Shown: in pieces, positions 37,650 through 51,275 of the stretch
How the letters are laid out: each line of letters begins with the position of its first letter
Position numbering within the stretch: the stretch's first letter is position 1
From: Lytechinus pictus
Lineage: Eukaryota
DNA length: 64,000 nucleotides
Direction: 5' to 3'
Assembly: GCF_037042905.1 (NCBI RefSeq)
Contig: NC_087245.1
Coordinates: forward strand, 3,226,001 to 3,290,000
Translations under genes and position numbers: made by a program
Notes under the pieces: model-generated
Database searches by the model: none
What the model was told of the DNA's origin: nothing
The model's input: only the letters and a program-made list of their open reading frames with translations

Positions 37650-38151
37650 AAACAAAGTATTTAAGTGTCGGATACAGTATACACATTTTTTGGGTTTTTA
37701 TATCGTATTATAATCAATTTTAAGCTATATGCTCTTAGGATATAACAATCCATGAAATACCTCGTCTGTTAGAGTTTAGAGTTGAGCGGTTACAGTTTCA
37801 AATTTCTTTCTCTCTTTATGTTCGAAATCCAGTTTCTGATCTCCCGTGTAGAATCGCGCAAGTTGGTGATGAAAAGATGGTATTGTTAAAGAAGGTTTTA
37901 AAGAAAAATGATCCATATCGATATCAAACCCCAGCTTTAGTCGCGGTGACAAATAATCTAGCGTTGTCTTGGTAACAGCGATTCATATGAATTGAGGTCT
38001 GAATTTAGTGCGACATGAAACCAAACGACCTCGGAGAGAATTAAAGGGTTTCTAAAAAGAGGAAACCTGAATGACATTACAAGTAATGATAATAATTTGG
38101 TTAAGTTTCTTTTGATTTTCTAGCATTTGCACGGTAGCTTTAAAAGCTATA

Positions 38152-39138
38152 CAGTGCGTATCAAAAAAAAGTTTACACTTAGAAAAAATCCTGTAAAATT
38201 ATACGTTTGTAATATCCTGAAGATTTTTCCACATTTTAACATTGGTACAGATCAATTTAAGCAAATGACGATGTAACTATTGAAAAATATTTCCGCTTGA
38301 GTGAGCACCACTTACTTTTGAAAAGTTAGAGGAAAATGATTTGCGCAGAACTTTGAAATAGTTATGCGAATAAAAGTAGACCTTAATCATGTAGAACACG
38401 TTGAATTTAACTAGTAAAATTGATTTGAAGATATATTTTACCCTTTTGACTTGTTTCCTTGCCCAAAAAACTTCGAAGAGTGCATTGCGCCCCACCCCAT
38501 TCCCACACACACCGAGGCCATCTTGACAATATTTGCTTTACACTGAGCTGTGATTTACATGAAATGGCTTAGGCTTGATTTTCATTTTGTTAATCATTGT
38601 CAAGCTTGGAAAAGGTGAGGAGAAACAAGTATTAAATGAAAAATGAAATGTAAACCCACTTTAAATGATAAAAACTTAGTTAAAAATGCTGGAGATGTCT
38701 GATATAAACTTTTTTTTCAGATTTAGTTATGTCCTCAGATCCAGCTGGCACAAAAAAAGGGTAAAGGTTGTGTTTATTAAGTGTTGAAATTTCAATTTAG
38801 GTGGCAAAATTGTTACAAAATGCTTGAATGTATCCATTTATTACAATTGACGAAAAGTGCAATGGGAAATGTATGAGAAATGTTTCGCAGGGTAAGTTTG
38901 ATTTCGCACTTTCCCCTTGACACAGCATGAAAACAAGCATTTCTGTGCAAACAGATTTCTGCGAGCTGTACAAAAATGGACAATGCTCACTCAAGTGTAA
39001 CATTCTGTCAAAACTTTTACTTTCATTGGATAGATGAGACCCAAACCCAAGATTATATGTGAAAAAATACCCACATGTTGTATATTTTTTAATTCTCAGG
39101 GCTTTTTCAAAGTGTAAACTTTTTTTTGATACGCACTG
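38152..39138. mobile_element. Complete non-autonomous Tc1/mariner-like element (987 bp), TA TSD
   Basis: TA|CAGTGCGTATCAAAAAAAAGTTTACACTT ... AAGTGTAAACTTTTTTTTGATACGCACTG|TA, a near-perfect ~30-bp TIR. Confidence 0.92.
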
Positions 39139-39783
39139 TATATACAATTGCCCGTGTGTGCAGGAGCAAAGAGAGTTATATGATATAATTATAAAAATAG
39201 AGTTAAAGAAAGTGAGAGATAAAGAAGAGAAGAGAGTAAGAGAGGAAGAGAGAGACAGAGTGAGACAGAAAAAAGGGGAGAGAGAGGGGGAGAACGAGCG
39301 CGATCGAAAGAGTATGTACGAGTGGATGAGGTCGGTGTATAGTGTGTGTGTGTGTGTGTGTGTAAGGGTGGGTGTTAGGGTGTGTGCTTAATGGTGCAAT
39401 TGAATGTGGTTGTGTTTAATTGTGTTTGGTGGGCGCGTTTGTAAAGAGAACAAGGGGTAAAAATAAACAAAACAATGTCACAACGTTTCTTTTAAATGTG
39501 CCAGTACTTTCACATCTTCATAAGATAGCATGATGGGGCTTTGGTTGAATGGATGTGTCATGATAACTGAAAGCCATGCAGCCTCCAAAGTTTGGCAATA
39601 GAAACTTTCGGGTATGTCTTTATAAATATGTTGGCATACTTTTAAATACATTTTGACAGATAAGAGTCTTGTATAAAAAATAAAATTGTTCATTGAAATG
39701 AACAATGGAAGAATACGATAACATTTCATTGTAAACAATAATAATGATGAATATTCACCTTTAAAAAGGGACGTTACTCACAC

Positions 39784-39795
39784 TCTCTCTCTCTA

Positions 39796-39880
<85 letters not shown>

Positions 39881-39890
39881 ATACATATAT
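39784..39890. repeat. (CT)n(TA)n(TG)n compound microsatellite
   Basis: Direct reading. Confidence 0.9.
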
Positions 39891-42800
39891 ATGAATCTTA
39901 CAGAGGGAAATAATATATTATTGAAGAGATACCAGGGGTTCTTTAATTTGTTGAATTTAGAAATATGAGTTTAGACATGTTATTTCGGCTATATCGGCTA
40001 TTGATTAAACAAATATAATTCTAATCGATTCTGCAATCAACTAACATTAGTCCTAGTGCAGTTTTGATCAATTATTGATTGCAAGTTGTTGTTTATGCTT
40101 TCATTGGTTCATTATTTAATAATGACTATCAGTCACTCACTATTGATTATAAATTATGAGTAATTGTTGGCCTGAAATATTTAATTACGTCATGACATTA
40201 GGAACACAATTTTGAATCAATTAATTGATTAATGAAACTAGTATGAAATTATATTTAACGAAATAATTAATCCCAATAAAATTTATGAAATAATTTTTTT
40301 TGTCCCTTATGAAAGTATAGATTAGTTTATTATCAGATAGTACAGGGAGCTTACAAAAAATCGATTTCGATTGTTTAAGTATCATTATGAAACTTCGTGA
40401 TTATGTATTGAAATTGATTGTTTTTTTTATAAAATGTCCTGTTCAATTCTAGTTTTTCTTTTATTCGATGGAACTCGGTTGGGTGTTCCGACATTCAATC
40501 CAAGGGGGGGGGGTGAGGGTGTTGAGACTTTTAAATAATTCTCCAGTCAGTACGAAACAGCCGGGATGGAACGTAATTAATAGGTAATTGGTATGTTGAG
40601 ATAAAATAGATACTAAAATTACAATGGCTTGAGAATGGCGCACGTAACCTTAGATGTATATTGACATCTACTAATGACAAACAATTCCTCTTAATTCGTG
40701 ATTAGGTTGCGATTATAACAAGAATTAAATGAATTAGCTGTGCATTAATAATAACTTGAATATGAAATGATATCAACATGCTATTTTTATAAACTCGGGT
40801 AACATCATGATCAAGTAATTTAGAGTATTAAGGTATGGCTCTGCATAATTGTAGTTAATCTTCATCTTCATTTCGATGTTCTTTCTCCTCAATTTATTCT
40901 GATACTTCATATTCCCCATTTAGTTTTTGTGACTTGGTTATAATGTCTTGTTAGGGTTTAAAGGTAATATTGATGAAAGCTTTTCTCATTCATAAAATCG
41001 GGGATAACTCAGGCTCGCTATTTACCTATATTATTGAGTCTATTCACTCACACCAGTCCTACCTGAACACTCATTCCTCCAATTCAACAAATTATACATC
41101 AGCAATGTCGGATATTTCCATTTTATTAAAATGGGGCAGCGCCAATGTTCTTCATCACTGATTTCTGACTGAAGGTGATGTTTCCAACGTTGCATTGGTC
41201 TTGAATTATATAGGTAACCTATTTCTAGAATGCCGATCTTCTAATGGCGGCGTTCCCATTCTTCCAGAACTATTAACATATGGATAGATCAACCCAATGG
41301 TGCTATCTAGAGTGGGTGGTTATATCATATATGGTATAAATTGTGTGCATGATATTGAAGTAAGCCATTACTTCACAATGACACTAATACCCTTGACTGA
41401 TTGATATTATATATAAGATTTATAAATATCACCCTCATATCCCCTCCATCAAATGAAAGCATTAAAGTAGGAAAGAAAAAAAAAAAAGATCGTTAGGCAA
41501 GGTGCAGAATGTTTGCAGCCAATGTAGTATTCAAGCTATGAGTTTTTTGTTTGCATTTACATTAAAAGTTGAACTTCATACTCTACATGATATATTCTTG
41601 CACGTATTTCCTACTGGAAAGCTCTATTGTTTTCAAGATTCTGTCGTTTTCACGCAGTAAAGATTTGTATATAAATGTACATTGTTGCAGATCTTTTCAT
41701 GTAAAAAAACCGGGACAAAATCAAAAGCAATTTCATAACAAAATTAGGACCCTTCATGCAATGATCTAGACTATGTCTCTCCAGTAAAATAAAAGGCATA
41801 CATTACTCTTACTCCAATCGAAAAAAGTAAAATGAGACGAATTCCACAGACAATCACCAAGAGTAAACATTTAATCAAACAGACGAGCATCCTCGCGACA
41901 TGTATTGAGTTATTTTGTAATCGAAGTGCTAGATACTTTCTGAGGTTTTTATTAACCCCAGAAACAACCTTGATTGTATTCAAGCAATACATTATTTCAA
42001 AAAGTATTTACATAAATCATGTCCATCACTACCTAATAAGTGGCAAACATTTGAATAGTATTAACCTCTTGTCAGACTTCATGCAATGTGTAAAAAATGT
42101 ATAACCCCCCCCCCCCCCTTCATGTCACACAGTCGCAAATCTGTATTTGATTCATCAGAACCTCTATAATCTAAGCAATCAGTCATAACGTATGAATTAA
42201 AAAAATGCCGGCATGTTACTCTTAATTTTTACAATTCTGAAACCTATATTTGACTGGTAGGAATATATCAAATTTTTAGTTATTCAACAGCAAAATACAA
42301 AACAATATAAGTTATGAGTTTCCCTTATTGCAGACCACATATTCTTTTTATTATTATTATGTGCCCTTTTTCATAGGTTTAAAGTTTGAAAAAAAATAAA
42401 AAAATAAAGCTCTAAATAACACTACAAATGCGAATGCCCCTTTAAAGACCATTGGTTTTTTTATTTTACGCGTTTATCGGGTTGAGCCCATGTTGGAAAC
42501 ATAATAAGCACTCCTGTAGCAAGGCGGGCGAAACTTAACACCGAAACACAATCTGGTGTTTGCGTAATCACTCTATGTATGAGCACGATTGGTTAGCAAA
42601 CAAAGCCCGTTACATCGAGTAAAGAGACTTGTAATTTAAGAGACAACTCACTTCAGATTTCCATAGACGAGCATTCGATCACTTATTAACCCTTCTCATC
42701 CAATATCATCATATTTTTTAAGAATCACTTATTAACCCTTCTTTATGTCATCATTACTTTTTTAGAAACACATTTTACTCGCTTATATATGTATATTATC

Positions 42801-43102
42801 CAATTCCCCAAAATTTGTGTTATCTTCATTTTTTACAAAATCATTATGGAATCAAAGTAACTCAATCTACTGTTAAGCTTGCTAGACACTATCCATTTTC
42901 ATCTATATTTTGTTAAATACAAAATTACATATGATGCCATTGATAAAGTGAATCAATTTCTGAAGATATTTCACACAACAGCATATATAGTAAGATCAAT
43001 TTTAATTTATTCAACAAAATTTCATCGCATAATAAGGACGGTTATCTCAAGCATTATAACACATACCTGACAGTCCAAGACGAAATCATATTAAAGCTTT
43101 CA

Positions 43103-43302
43103 TACAGTGCTGTTTACTATTAACTTTACAGTAGTTGTTTAAGAGATTTAAACAGGTGTTTGGAATTTTAAAACAACAACGTTTGATTTTTTTGTTACTT
43201 AATCTTCAATAAATCAAACATGGTTGTTTAAATTGTTAAACAACTACTGTAAGGTTCATATAGTAAACAGCTTTGTATATTCTATACATCGTTTTTACTG
43301 TG
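43103..43302. mobile_element. EnSpm/CACTA-like palindromic MITE lacking its outermost left end
   Basis: GCTGTTTACTATTAACTTTACAGTAGTTGTTTAA is inverted as TTAAACAACTACTGTAAGGTTCATATAGTAAACAGC; the right terminus is ...TTTTTACTGTG. Confidence 0.65.
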
Positions 43303-46040
43303 TACAAAGCATTTATTGTTCAGAGCATTCATAATTACAAATTGATTTTAGTAATGAAAGAAGGAAAGGAGGGTAAAGATTGCGATATGGTGGTGGTGAT
43401 GATGATGACATAGTTGCATACAAACTTTGCAAAATGATCTATACAGATTAATTCACAGCTCTATGATTTAATAGAGCAATGATACATACGATCAATGTCT
43501 CTTTTCCAGCCCAATCCATCCCCCTCCTACAGATATGACTACGCTCGTAATTAACGAGGTAGAATGTGACAATTTTGGAGAACAAAAATGTAATGTAGCC
43601 AAAAAACTCGGCTATTTCGGGACGGACGGACGGAACATTGATAAATAGGACAGCGTCTTATGCCGAAATGCAAAATGCCACGCTTTTTCAATTGGAGGTT
43701 TGATGACAGATAGAAAGGGAGAACGGGATCACTTATTGCGACTGGATTGTTAATCTAACGACTAGTAATCTGAAATTAGAACTATTGGGAAATGAGTTCC
43801 CTGAGGAATTTCAGGATATAACTGTCACATACAAGACTAGTCATTGGAGACGTAAATCTTAATCCAGAGGCGACGATATACATTGTAGATGGAGGGGTAG
43901 GAGTTAAATTCTTTGGTGTATACGATGTCAGGCTGTAATGTGTTAAATGTTGCCTGGTTCAATTGGGCAGACTGATAGACCCATATATTTAACTATTTCA
44001 TAGGTGATAGGTCAGTGATGTCTAACTGGAGATAATCTATTTTAATACGTGTATAGTATATCTGAGCTTCTAGGTTAATCGTGCACATTAACCACGTGAC
44101 AGCCAGCTTTATATATTGAGGGTGAGAGAGGGACTGGAGTAGATACAATTCCTTTAATGGGACCCAACTTGGACGAAAATATATGGCACTGCATTGAATG
44201 GATTTGAAGCAATATAATTGATTGCGGATATATTTCCTTTTGATTTAACCTGGAATAATTAAAAAGATATGACGTGGACATGTATATACAATTAAATCTT
44301 TTGGAATAATACATTTAAAAACCAGGTAAAAAAAGGGTATGGGATCAAAGGGAAGGCTAATTCTTAAGGGAAGGCTAATTCTTATGTAAATATTCTCAAT
44401 ACATTTCAATGATTATGTTTATTAGGAAAAGCAACAGGTTTCATAAATTTTTGGATTCTTGGTTTATTGACTTGATTTACTAATATTTTTGTTTTGAATG
44501 AATCACCGTAGTAGATTCAAACCAGCAACTATTAAAAGACTTGCCATTTTATCGATTAAATGTAAATTAACACACTTCATAATCACATTATACCACACAA
44601 TTTATAAGGATTTACAATATATCGAAGCCTCAATATTCTGTTCAAAAGTCTCAACTACATGTAATATTTTAACCGATGTTGTGCCCAGTGGGAGTTTATT
44701 TTATAGGAATTAGAGTCCGCGTAATTTATGTGAATAATTGCTGCCACATTGTGTCGTTGGCATTGGTTGATGGGTAAAATGCAATGAAATGTCCCCAGAA
44801 GCAGGTCATTACAAACTTGCCCTCGCACACACACACACATACACACCCTCCCACACATCCACGCACCCTCTCACACATATTATCTTACATAAGAAAAAGA
44901 ATACACAAGAAAGAGCGTCTTTGCTGGTCTTCACATTCGGTGGGCGGAATAATGGGAATGTTTACTGATTGCCTGGATCATGAATAACAAGATACCTTTT
45001 GTCGAACCACTAACGATACACAAGTGACGAAGTTGTATCCAATCAGCAATCGAATCAAAGGCTTAGATAATAACATTTCGTTCATTGTTAAGAACAAAAA
45101 AAGAAGAAGGAAACATGCATGTACATGGGCTGATGCTTTTAGTTGTTCGTCATTTTTTTTTTTTGGGGGGGTTGCAGCATTTCGTAAAGTTGCGACTCCT
45201 GCAACTGCACTGTCGACATTCTATACTCAGAGTTGATAGTTGTTGTTGCTGTTAGTATGCTTCCATCCCATACATTTCAAGTGAACTTATTGTGGACGCT
45301 ATACAGATTCGTTTTCTTTGTATTCTGCCTGCTCACACACTCCAACATTTTATAAACTCCGCCAGTCCCACTTATACCTGAAAACGCATACAATAATCAG
45401 AGCTTACTCTGTACTCTACCTTTTTTAACAAAACAATCAGACATTGATTAACACGATGAAACATATTCATTCTCACCCATCTACTTATTAACCATGGTAA
45501 CACACAATGCTTTGTGGCTCTCTCGTAGATTTGGAAAGCGAGGCGTGTTATGATTATTTCAACGCTAATGAAAATCAATTTCGATCTTGCTCGACATTAA
45601 GTGACCTTTTGTGCTGTTCTATAATCAGATGAACAATTCCGTTGTACCTTTGATCGCCCGGCGTGTTAAAGATGTTTAATGATGTCTATCATTATACTCT
45701 ATAATTGTGATTATCTTTTCACAAGTTTTACTAGTGAAGCTACACTGGTTAGGTATGCATATTCACTATCCAAATAGAATCTTTATTTTCAATATATATT
45801 TTCTTACATAACACATAATTTGGACATACATAATTATAATGAAAGATAACAATATAACTTTTACTTTTCATTGGTGCTGTTATCACGTATTTAATCGGAA
45901 TAGCATTGAATTTAGTTTAAGACCTGAGTGGCAGGACTTGTATATAACAGATGGCCTGAAGAAAGGCAAAATTTATTTTGAAATAAAGAACTAAATAAAT
46001 CTCATCGAGATACAAATGAAGGGAGGGGCCGGTAGGCCTA

Positions 46041-46361
46041 CACTGTTAGAAAAAAAAAAGATTTTACAGAAGAAAAATAAAAAAACAGATTTTACAGAAA
46101 GAAGTAACCAAATCATTCTGTAAATTGTTAAAACAGGAAAGATGTTATACAACTTTTATAGAATTTTACAGAACAGGTCTGTTTTCATAAGGGGGAAAAC
46201 AGTTTTATTACGATAAATTTGTAAGGTTACATACACCAAATATCTATTTTCTGTAATTTTACACAAATGCACGTAGGATTACACAGTGCAGTACGATTAC
46301 AGGTGTTCTCGAGACTCTGCTGCATGAATTTTTTTTTTCAAGTAGAAATTTTCTAACAGTG
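46041..46361. mobile_element. EnSpm/CACTA-like MITE, 2-bp TSD (TA)
   Basis: TA|CACTGTTAGAAAA ... TTTTCTAACAGTG|TA with internal TTTTACAG repeats. Confidence 0.8.
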
Positions 46362-46445
46362 TATACCCAATAATTTACTGACATTTGTTTTACTTTTCGA
46401 TGAGACAATCCGATAACTAATGTCGAAGTCTTTTGTTTACATCTA

Positions 46446-47247
46446 CCGTGTGAGTAAAACAAAAATGACACCTCATAAATCCACAATTTAAGGGGAAAAT
46501 GTCATGAACGCATAATTATTATATATGAATGAAAATAGCATCTTCTCCCAAATAATTTGATACCATATTTATGTAGTATGTCTTCACGCTTAGATGATTA
46601 GGAGGTATTCTTTGCAGTGATGTAAATTTCGATTTGCGCCAAATTCAGCCATGACTGCATAATCCAGGGGAGCGTTTCATCAATATTTTCATCCGACAAG
46701 TTGTCAGATCTGACATCTTTCCATGATTTTGATTGGCAGAGAGGCACTGTTCCTATGGTAACTGTCGGATAAAATGGGACTTGTCCGATAAAACGTCCGA
46801 CAAGTCCTTTCATGAAACGCCCCCGGATGTCAATGATGTCAGAATCCTACAAGGGTTGCATTAAAATCGATTTCAAAACACCTTTTCAGTAATTTACATT
46901 ATCATTATTTTATAAACACATCTTAGTGTCAATTTTAAAGTTAATTTCATTGGAAATGTATCAGCAAAAGGTTTATCAACCCATGAAGCGTTGTTTACAT
47001 CATTGGCATCTGGATTCATTCTTTGCAGTCATGCCTTAATTTGGCGCAAGTCAAAATTTACATCACTGCAAAGAATGCCTGTTTATCCAAGCGTGAAGAC
47101 ATGCCACATACATATGGTATCAAATTATTTTGGAAAAGATGCTTTTTTCCATATATATATGATAATTATGCGTTCATGACATTGTTTTCCTTAAATTGGG
47201 GATTTGTCATGTTTGTGAGGTGTCAAGGTTTTTTTTTACTCACACGG
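46446..47247. mobile_element. Tc1/mariner-like foldback MITE with ~230-bp TIRs, TA TSD
   Basis: TA|CCGTGTGAGTAAAA ... TTTTACTCACACGG|TA. The arms (46446-46840 less the nested insert, versus ~46997-47247) align along their length. Confidence 0.9.
46668..46823. mobile_element. PIF/Harbinger-like MITE (copy 2 of the GGGAGCGTTTCAT family) nested in the left TIR of 46446-47247
   Basis: Homologous to 13942-14098, flanks CAG/CGG; absent from the host's right arm. Confidence 0.9.
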
Positions 47248-47569
47248 TATACTAGAGCGATGTTAAAGATACCATATCAAATGAGCAATCTCTCTATGGG
47301 AATATGAGCAATGATATGATTGATGATCATGATGATGTTTGCCTCAGGGATCAATACATAATCAGATATTGGTCTGAATGTAAATGGCACTTATCGTAGT
47401 GAATCAAGGTACTTTTATGACCGTAGAGGGTGCTCAGTTAGGCCTATTAAATTCATTCTTGTGATTTATTGAATGGGACTCTATCGTAGTGAAGGATTTT
47501 ATCACCGTGTGGTAATGAATTCAGTTTCACTACCATTGTATACCCCTATTTTTTCATTACACGTTTAGA

Positions 47570-47616
47570 GCGGTGCGTAACAGGTGGCTAGGGGGGGGGG
47601 GGCAAGAGCCCCCCCC

Positions 47617-47652
<36 letters not shown>

Positions 47653-48602
47653 GGTCATATCATGGTATGAACAGGCAGTGGCGTAATAAGGCTAAACTTT
47701 TGTGGAGGTCAGATATGGCGTATCGAGCAGAATTTATCTTTTCTTTTAAAAAAGCGAGCGAGCAAAAATCTGGACATTGTAATTACCAAAATCCAATTCG
47801 AGGGAGATTTTGACATAGTCAGAAAATGATATTGCATTTTACCCTTCTCTCTTTCCTTTTCTTTCCTTTTCTCTGTTTTTTCTTCGTCTGTACGCCAATG
47901 TGAACAAGATTTTTTTTAAATTATTGTGCGCATTAGGGCAAAGATCTTTGCAGCAGTAGGGTAATGAGTAAAAAAGAGGGGGCACAGTCAGTGGCACGTG
48001 TGGCAAAAAGTTGCTTTATATGAGTCCCGAGCGAGCGAGAAAAAACTCACCTTTTCATCAAAATCTAATTTTGAGATAGATTTTGACATGATATTCAGAA
48101 AAATAACAAAATATCTTACACTTTTCATTTGCTTTTCTTTCCTTCTTTTCGTTTTTGTTCTTGGTTGTATAATTTTTGGGGCCATGGCCCAAGCCCTTCC
48201 ATTTGTACCCCTGCTGAGTGGATGGAGTCCGGGGCGAAGCCCTGACCTCTTGATATTAAAGCCATTTGAAACCTTACAGATGGCCATTATTTTTAATCAA
48301 ATTTCGGGTACATAATGTACTGGTATATAGTTTTTACACAATACATTAATTCAACGTATAATAAACCAAATATATTGACGGGGCACAACATAGCAAATGT
48401 GGGAAAATTTGTTTTAAAAAAGTCTGCAACGAGCAAAGCGGGCAAGAAACAAAATGAAATTCTAATTATGTGACAGATTTTTACATTATATTCAGCAAAT
48501 AACATCTTTCATTGTTTTCCATTCATTTCATTTCGTTGCCTCCTTTTATTCCCCCCTCCCTGGCTATGGAACGAAGCCCCCCACTCCCCCTGTACGCCTG
48601 TG
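47570..48602. mobile_element. Cluster of degenerate or nested hAT-like non-autonomous elements
   Basis: Termini-like CAGTGGCGTAAT (~47677) and CCTGTACGCCTGTG (~48590-48602), G/C runs, and three related units (GCGAGC...AATT...GATTTTGACAT...TTCAG...pyrimidine tract) at ~47755, 48030 and 48430. Confidence 0.5.
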
Positions 48603-50624
48603 CTCCGTGTTAAACGTAAAGCCTAACTGTGTTTTTTCAGACCAGGATATACGGGGGGGGGGGTCAATTTGACCACCCCCCTCAGATCTTGGCCGCTGAT
48701 CGTGCGATCGCCGTGAAAATTTGCACGCGCGTAGAGCAAGATGGAAACGACAAGACTGTATAGTAAAATTTGAAGGAAAAAAAAAACTTTTTTAATTAAC
48801 TTATTATGGTAATACGCGTATGAAATTTGCCCTAAATTTGGGTTTTGTGCATATTTTTGTCTTTAACTCAATTTGTATAGCTAGTAGAATGCTATTTTTT
48901 GTGAGAGTATCAATTTAACATATCAGACAAATATCTACAAAAAAAAAACATGTTAAATGTTTCATGTATTTTATTGTATTTTTAATTATTACGTATTTCT
49001 CTGGGTTTTTTTTAACCTTTGTTTTTTATTCATTTTTTTGATGAAATTTGTCGGGGACCCTTTCGCGATCATAAGTAGTATAAAATAAATCCATTTAAAC
49101 AAACACAAGTTAACATAATCATACATTTATGATTTTTGGTTGAAAAACACAATTTGCATTGTGTTCCTTTCATTTCATTTTCGCTTATTTTTCGTTTTCC
49201 TGGTTTGTTTTGTTTAATTTCCCGTGAAATCCGCCCGGGGGGGCATGCTGCCCCGCCTATGTGTTTTGAATGGTATAACATAGTAATGGTTGCAGAGGTG
49301 TCACTTGTCCGTAAGGTGAATGCAAATCGCACCCCGGGGGAGGGTAATAATATTTGGTTTTTGATGGGGTGTGCAGCTGAAGCCTTGAAACCCCTACCTA
49401 TCATACCTATTTTAATGGTGAAAAGGGTACCCATTTTAAGGATTTCTTAAAAAAAAACGACCCGCATTGTTTCAACTTGAAAGTATACCCCGTGTTTAAC
49501 GATTTTTCACAAAAAAGTGAGTGACCTTTTACACTGCAGTAAGTTGTACATTGGATAATACAATGATAATACACTAATATAATAAACCAATCATATTGAA
49601 AGGAGAGAAAGGAAGATTAGATAGAGAGAGGGGGGGGGGAGAGGGTATGGGTTGGTATTTTATGCATACACGTGCGAATTGGTATGGGTGTGGATGGATG
49701 TTTAGAAACCAGACATTATGAAGTATGACAATGAAATCCTTATGGTCACACGGGCCTAATTACAACTGGCAGGCAAAATTCTCAATTTTTAAATTTGATA
49801 TTGCTGATTGACAAAAATGAATGAATATGATTGACAATCTAACACTGATTCTAGGGAGGGTACCTACTGAACTTCCTTTTTCCAAATTGGAAAGATATAT
49901 CACTACTTTGGAACTATTTTTTTACTGGCGGAAGAATTAGGGCCATTTTACTCTCTCAAGTGATGTATTTGATCCTGTCAGGTGTAGTCTTCGTAAATGC
50001 TGATTTATTTTTTAAATGAGCCGGTCGAAGTACCCTTTTCTGGTCAGATATGGAATGTCAGACATATATCCTGTCCACTGGTAGTAAACATTAAACCCTC
50101 GAATTTCCTCCTTATTTTTTATGAATTTTTTAATGAAAGTGCCACTTTAACACACTAGTCTATGGGAAATTAATTAGGCCTGTGCTACATTATGATTCCT
50201 ACTGCAATACATTTCTTATTTTATCGCCACATTTCAATCAACTCTCGATACCATAAAGATTCATTAACTCCCTCCTAGAGACTCGTTCATTTCCCTTTTT
50301 AGATCTCTTTTAACATCGCATCAGCTACCTTGCTCAAGAATATTAACAGACAGAGAATCTATGGAAAACTAGAGCATGGATAATAAATCTTTCACCGTCG
50401 CTGGTGAATATTTGTCTGATCATTTGATAAATAAAAAACCTGAGAGAGGTTACTTCATAATAATACCGATTTAATGTGTTCTGTATAGGTCTTAAAGCTG
50501 TATACCGTATATGTAATAAATTAAATGAAGGAATCTGTTCGTACCGTGAAGATTTTGAAATAAAGTAGACGTTTGATTTATTGTTTTCATATTTTCCTAC
50601 TCTCTATTCATCCCTGATTTCTTA

Positions 50625-50905
50625 CCGCCCTTTCACACGGTTAAAAAATCGTAATTTCAATGATGATTCCAATGAAAATAAGGCTAATGACGAATTTTTA
50701 GCACATGTGAAACAAAACAAAAACATGATTAGAATCACGAACGCTAATCACAATCACGAATTCAATATACTCCGGAGTTGAATTCCAGTTCAATTCCATT
50801 CAAATCACAGTTTTCGAGTGAGCGTGTGAAAGGTCCGATGATTCTTAGGACAAATTGCAATCATAATTACAATTATGATTCAAGATTCACGTGTAAAAAA
50901 TGCCC
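50625..50905. mobile_element. Degenerate PIF/Harbinger-like MITE
   Basis: CCGCCCTTTCACACG at left, with inverted matches CGTGTGAAAGGTCC (~50823) and CACGTGTAAAAAATGCCC|TAA at right. Confidence 0.5.
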
Positions 50906-51108
50906 TAAGTCTCTTTTCTAATTCTAATTTTGTCTCCGTTCTCTGCTTTGAATGAAGTCATCACTCTCTTCCTCACTCCACTCAGAAATTAATATTATTC
51001 TTGAGAATGGAGAAAAATAGTAATACTATACTGATGGTTACAATAATGATAAAATTCTAATGATTATCATGTTAATAACGGTGATGATACCAAATTTACT
51101 AGTTTTTA

Positions 51109-51125
51109 TACTACTACTTCTACTC

Positions 51126-51210
<85 letters not shown>

Positions 51211-51275
51211 AACTACTACTATACTGCTGCTGCGCTACTATTACCGCGGCTGCTGCTGCTACTACTACTACTACT
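51109..51275. repeat. (CTA)n microsatellite with (CTG)n tail
   Basis: Direct reading. Confidence 0.95.

Noticed and set aside
42678..44385. Short local duplications (ATCACTTATTAACCCTTCT x2 at ~42678/42724; AGGGAAGGCTAATTCTTA x2 at ~44349)
   Set aside because: Ordinary slippage or repair-type micro-duplications with no further structure
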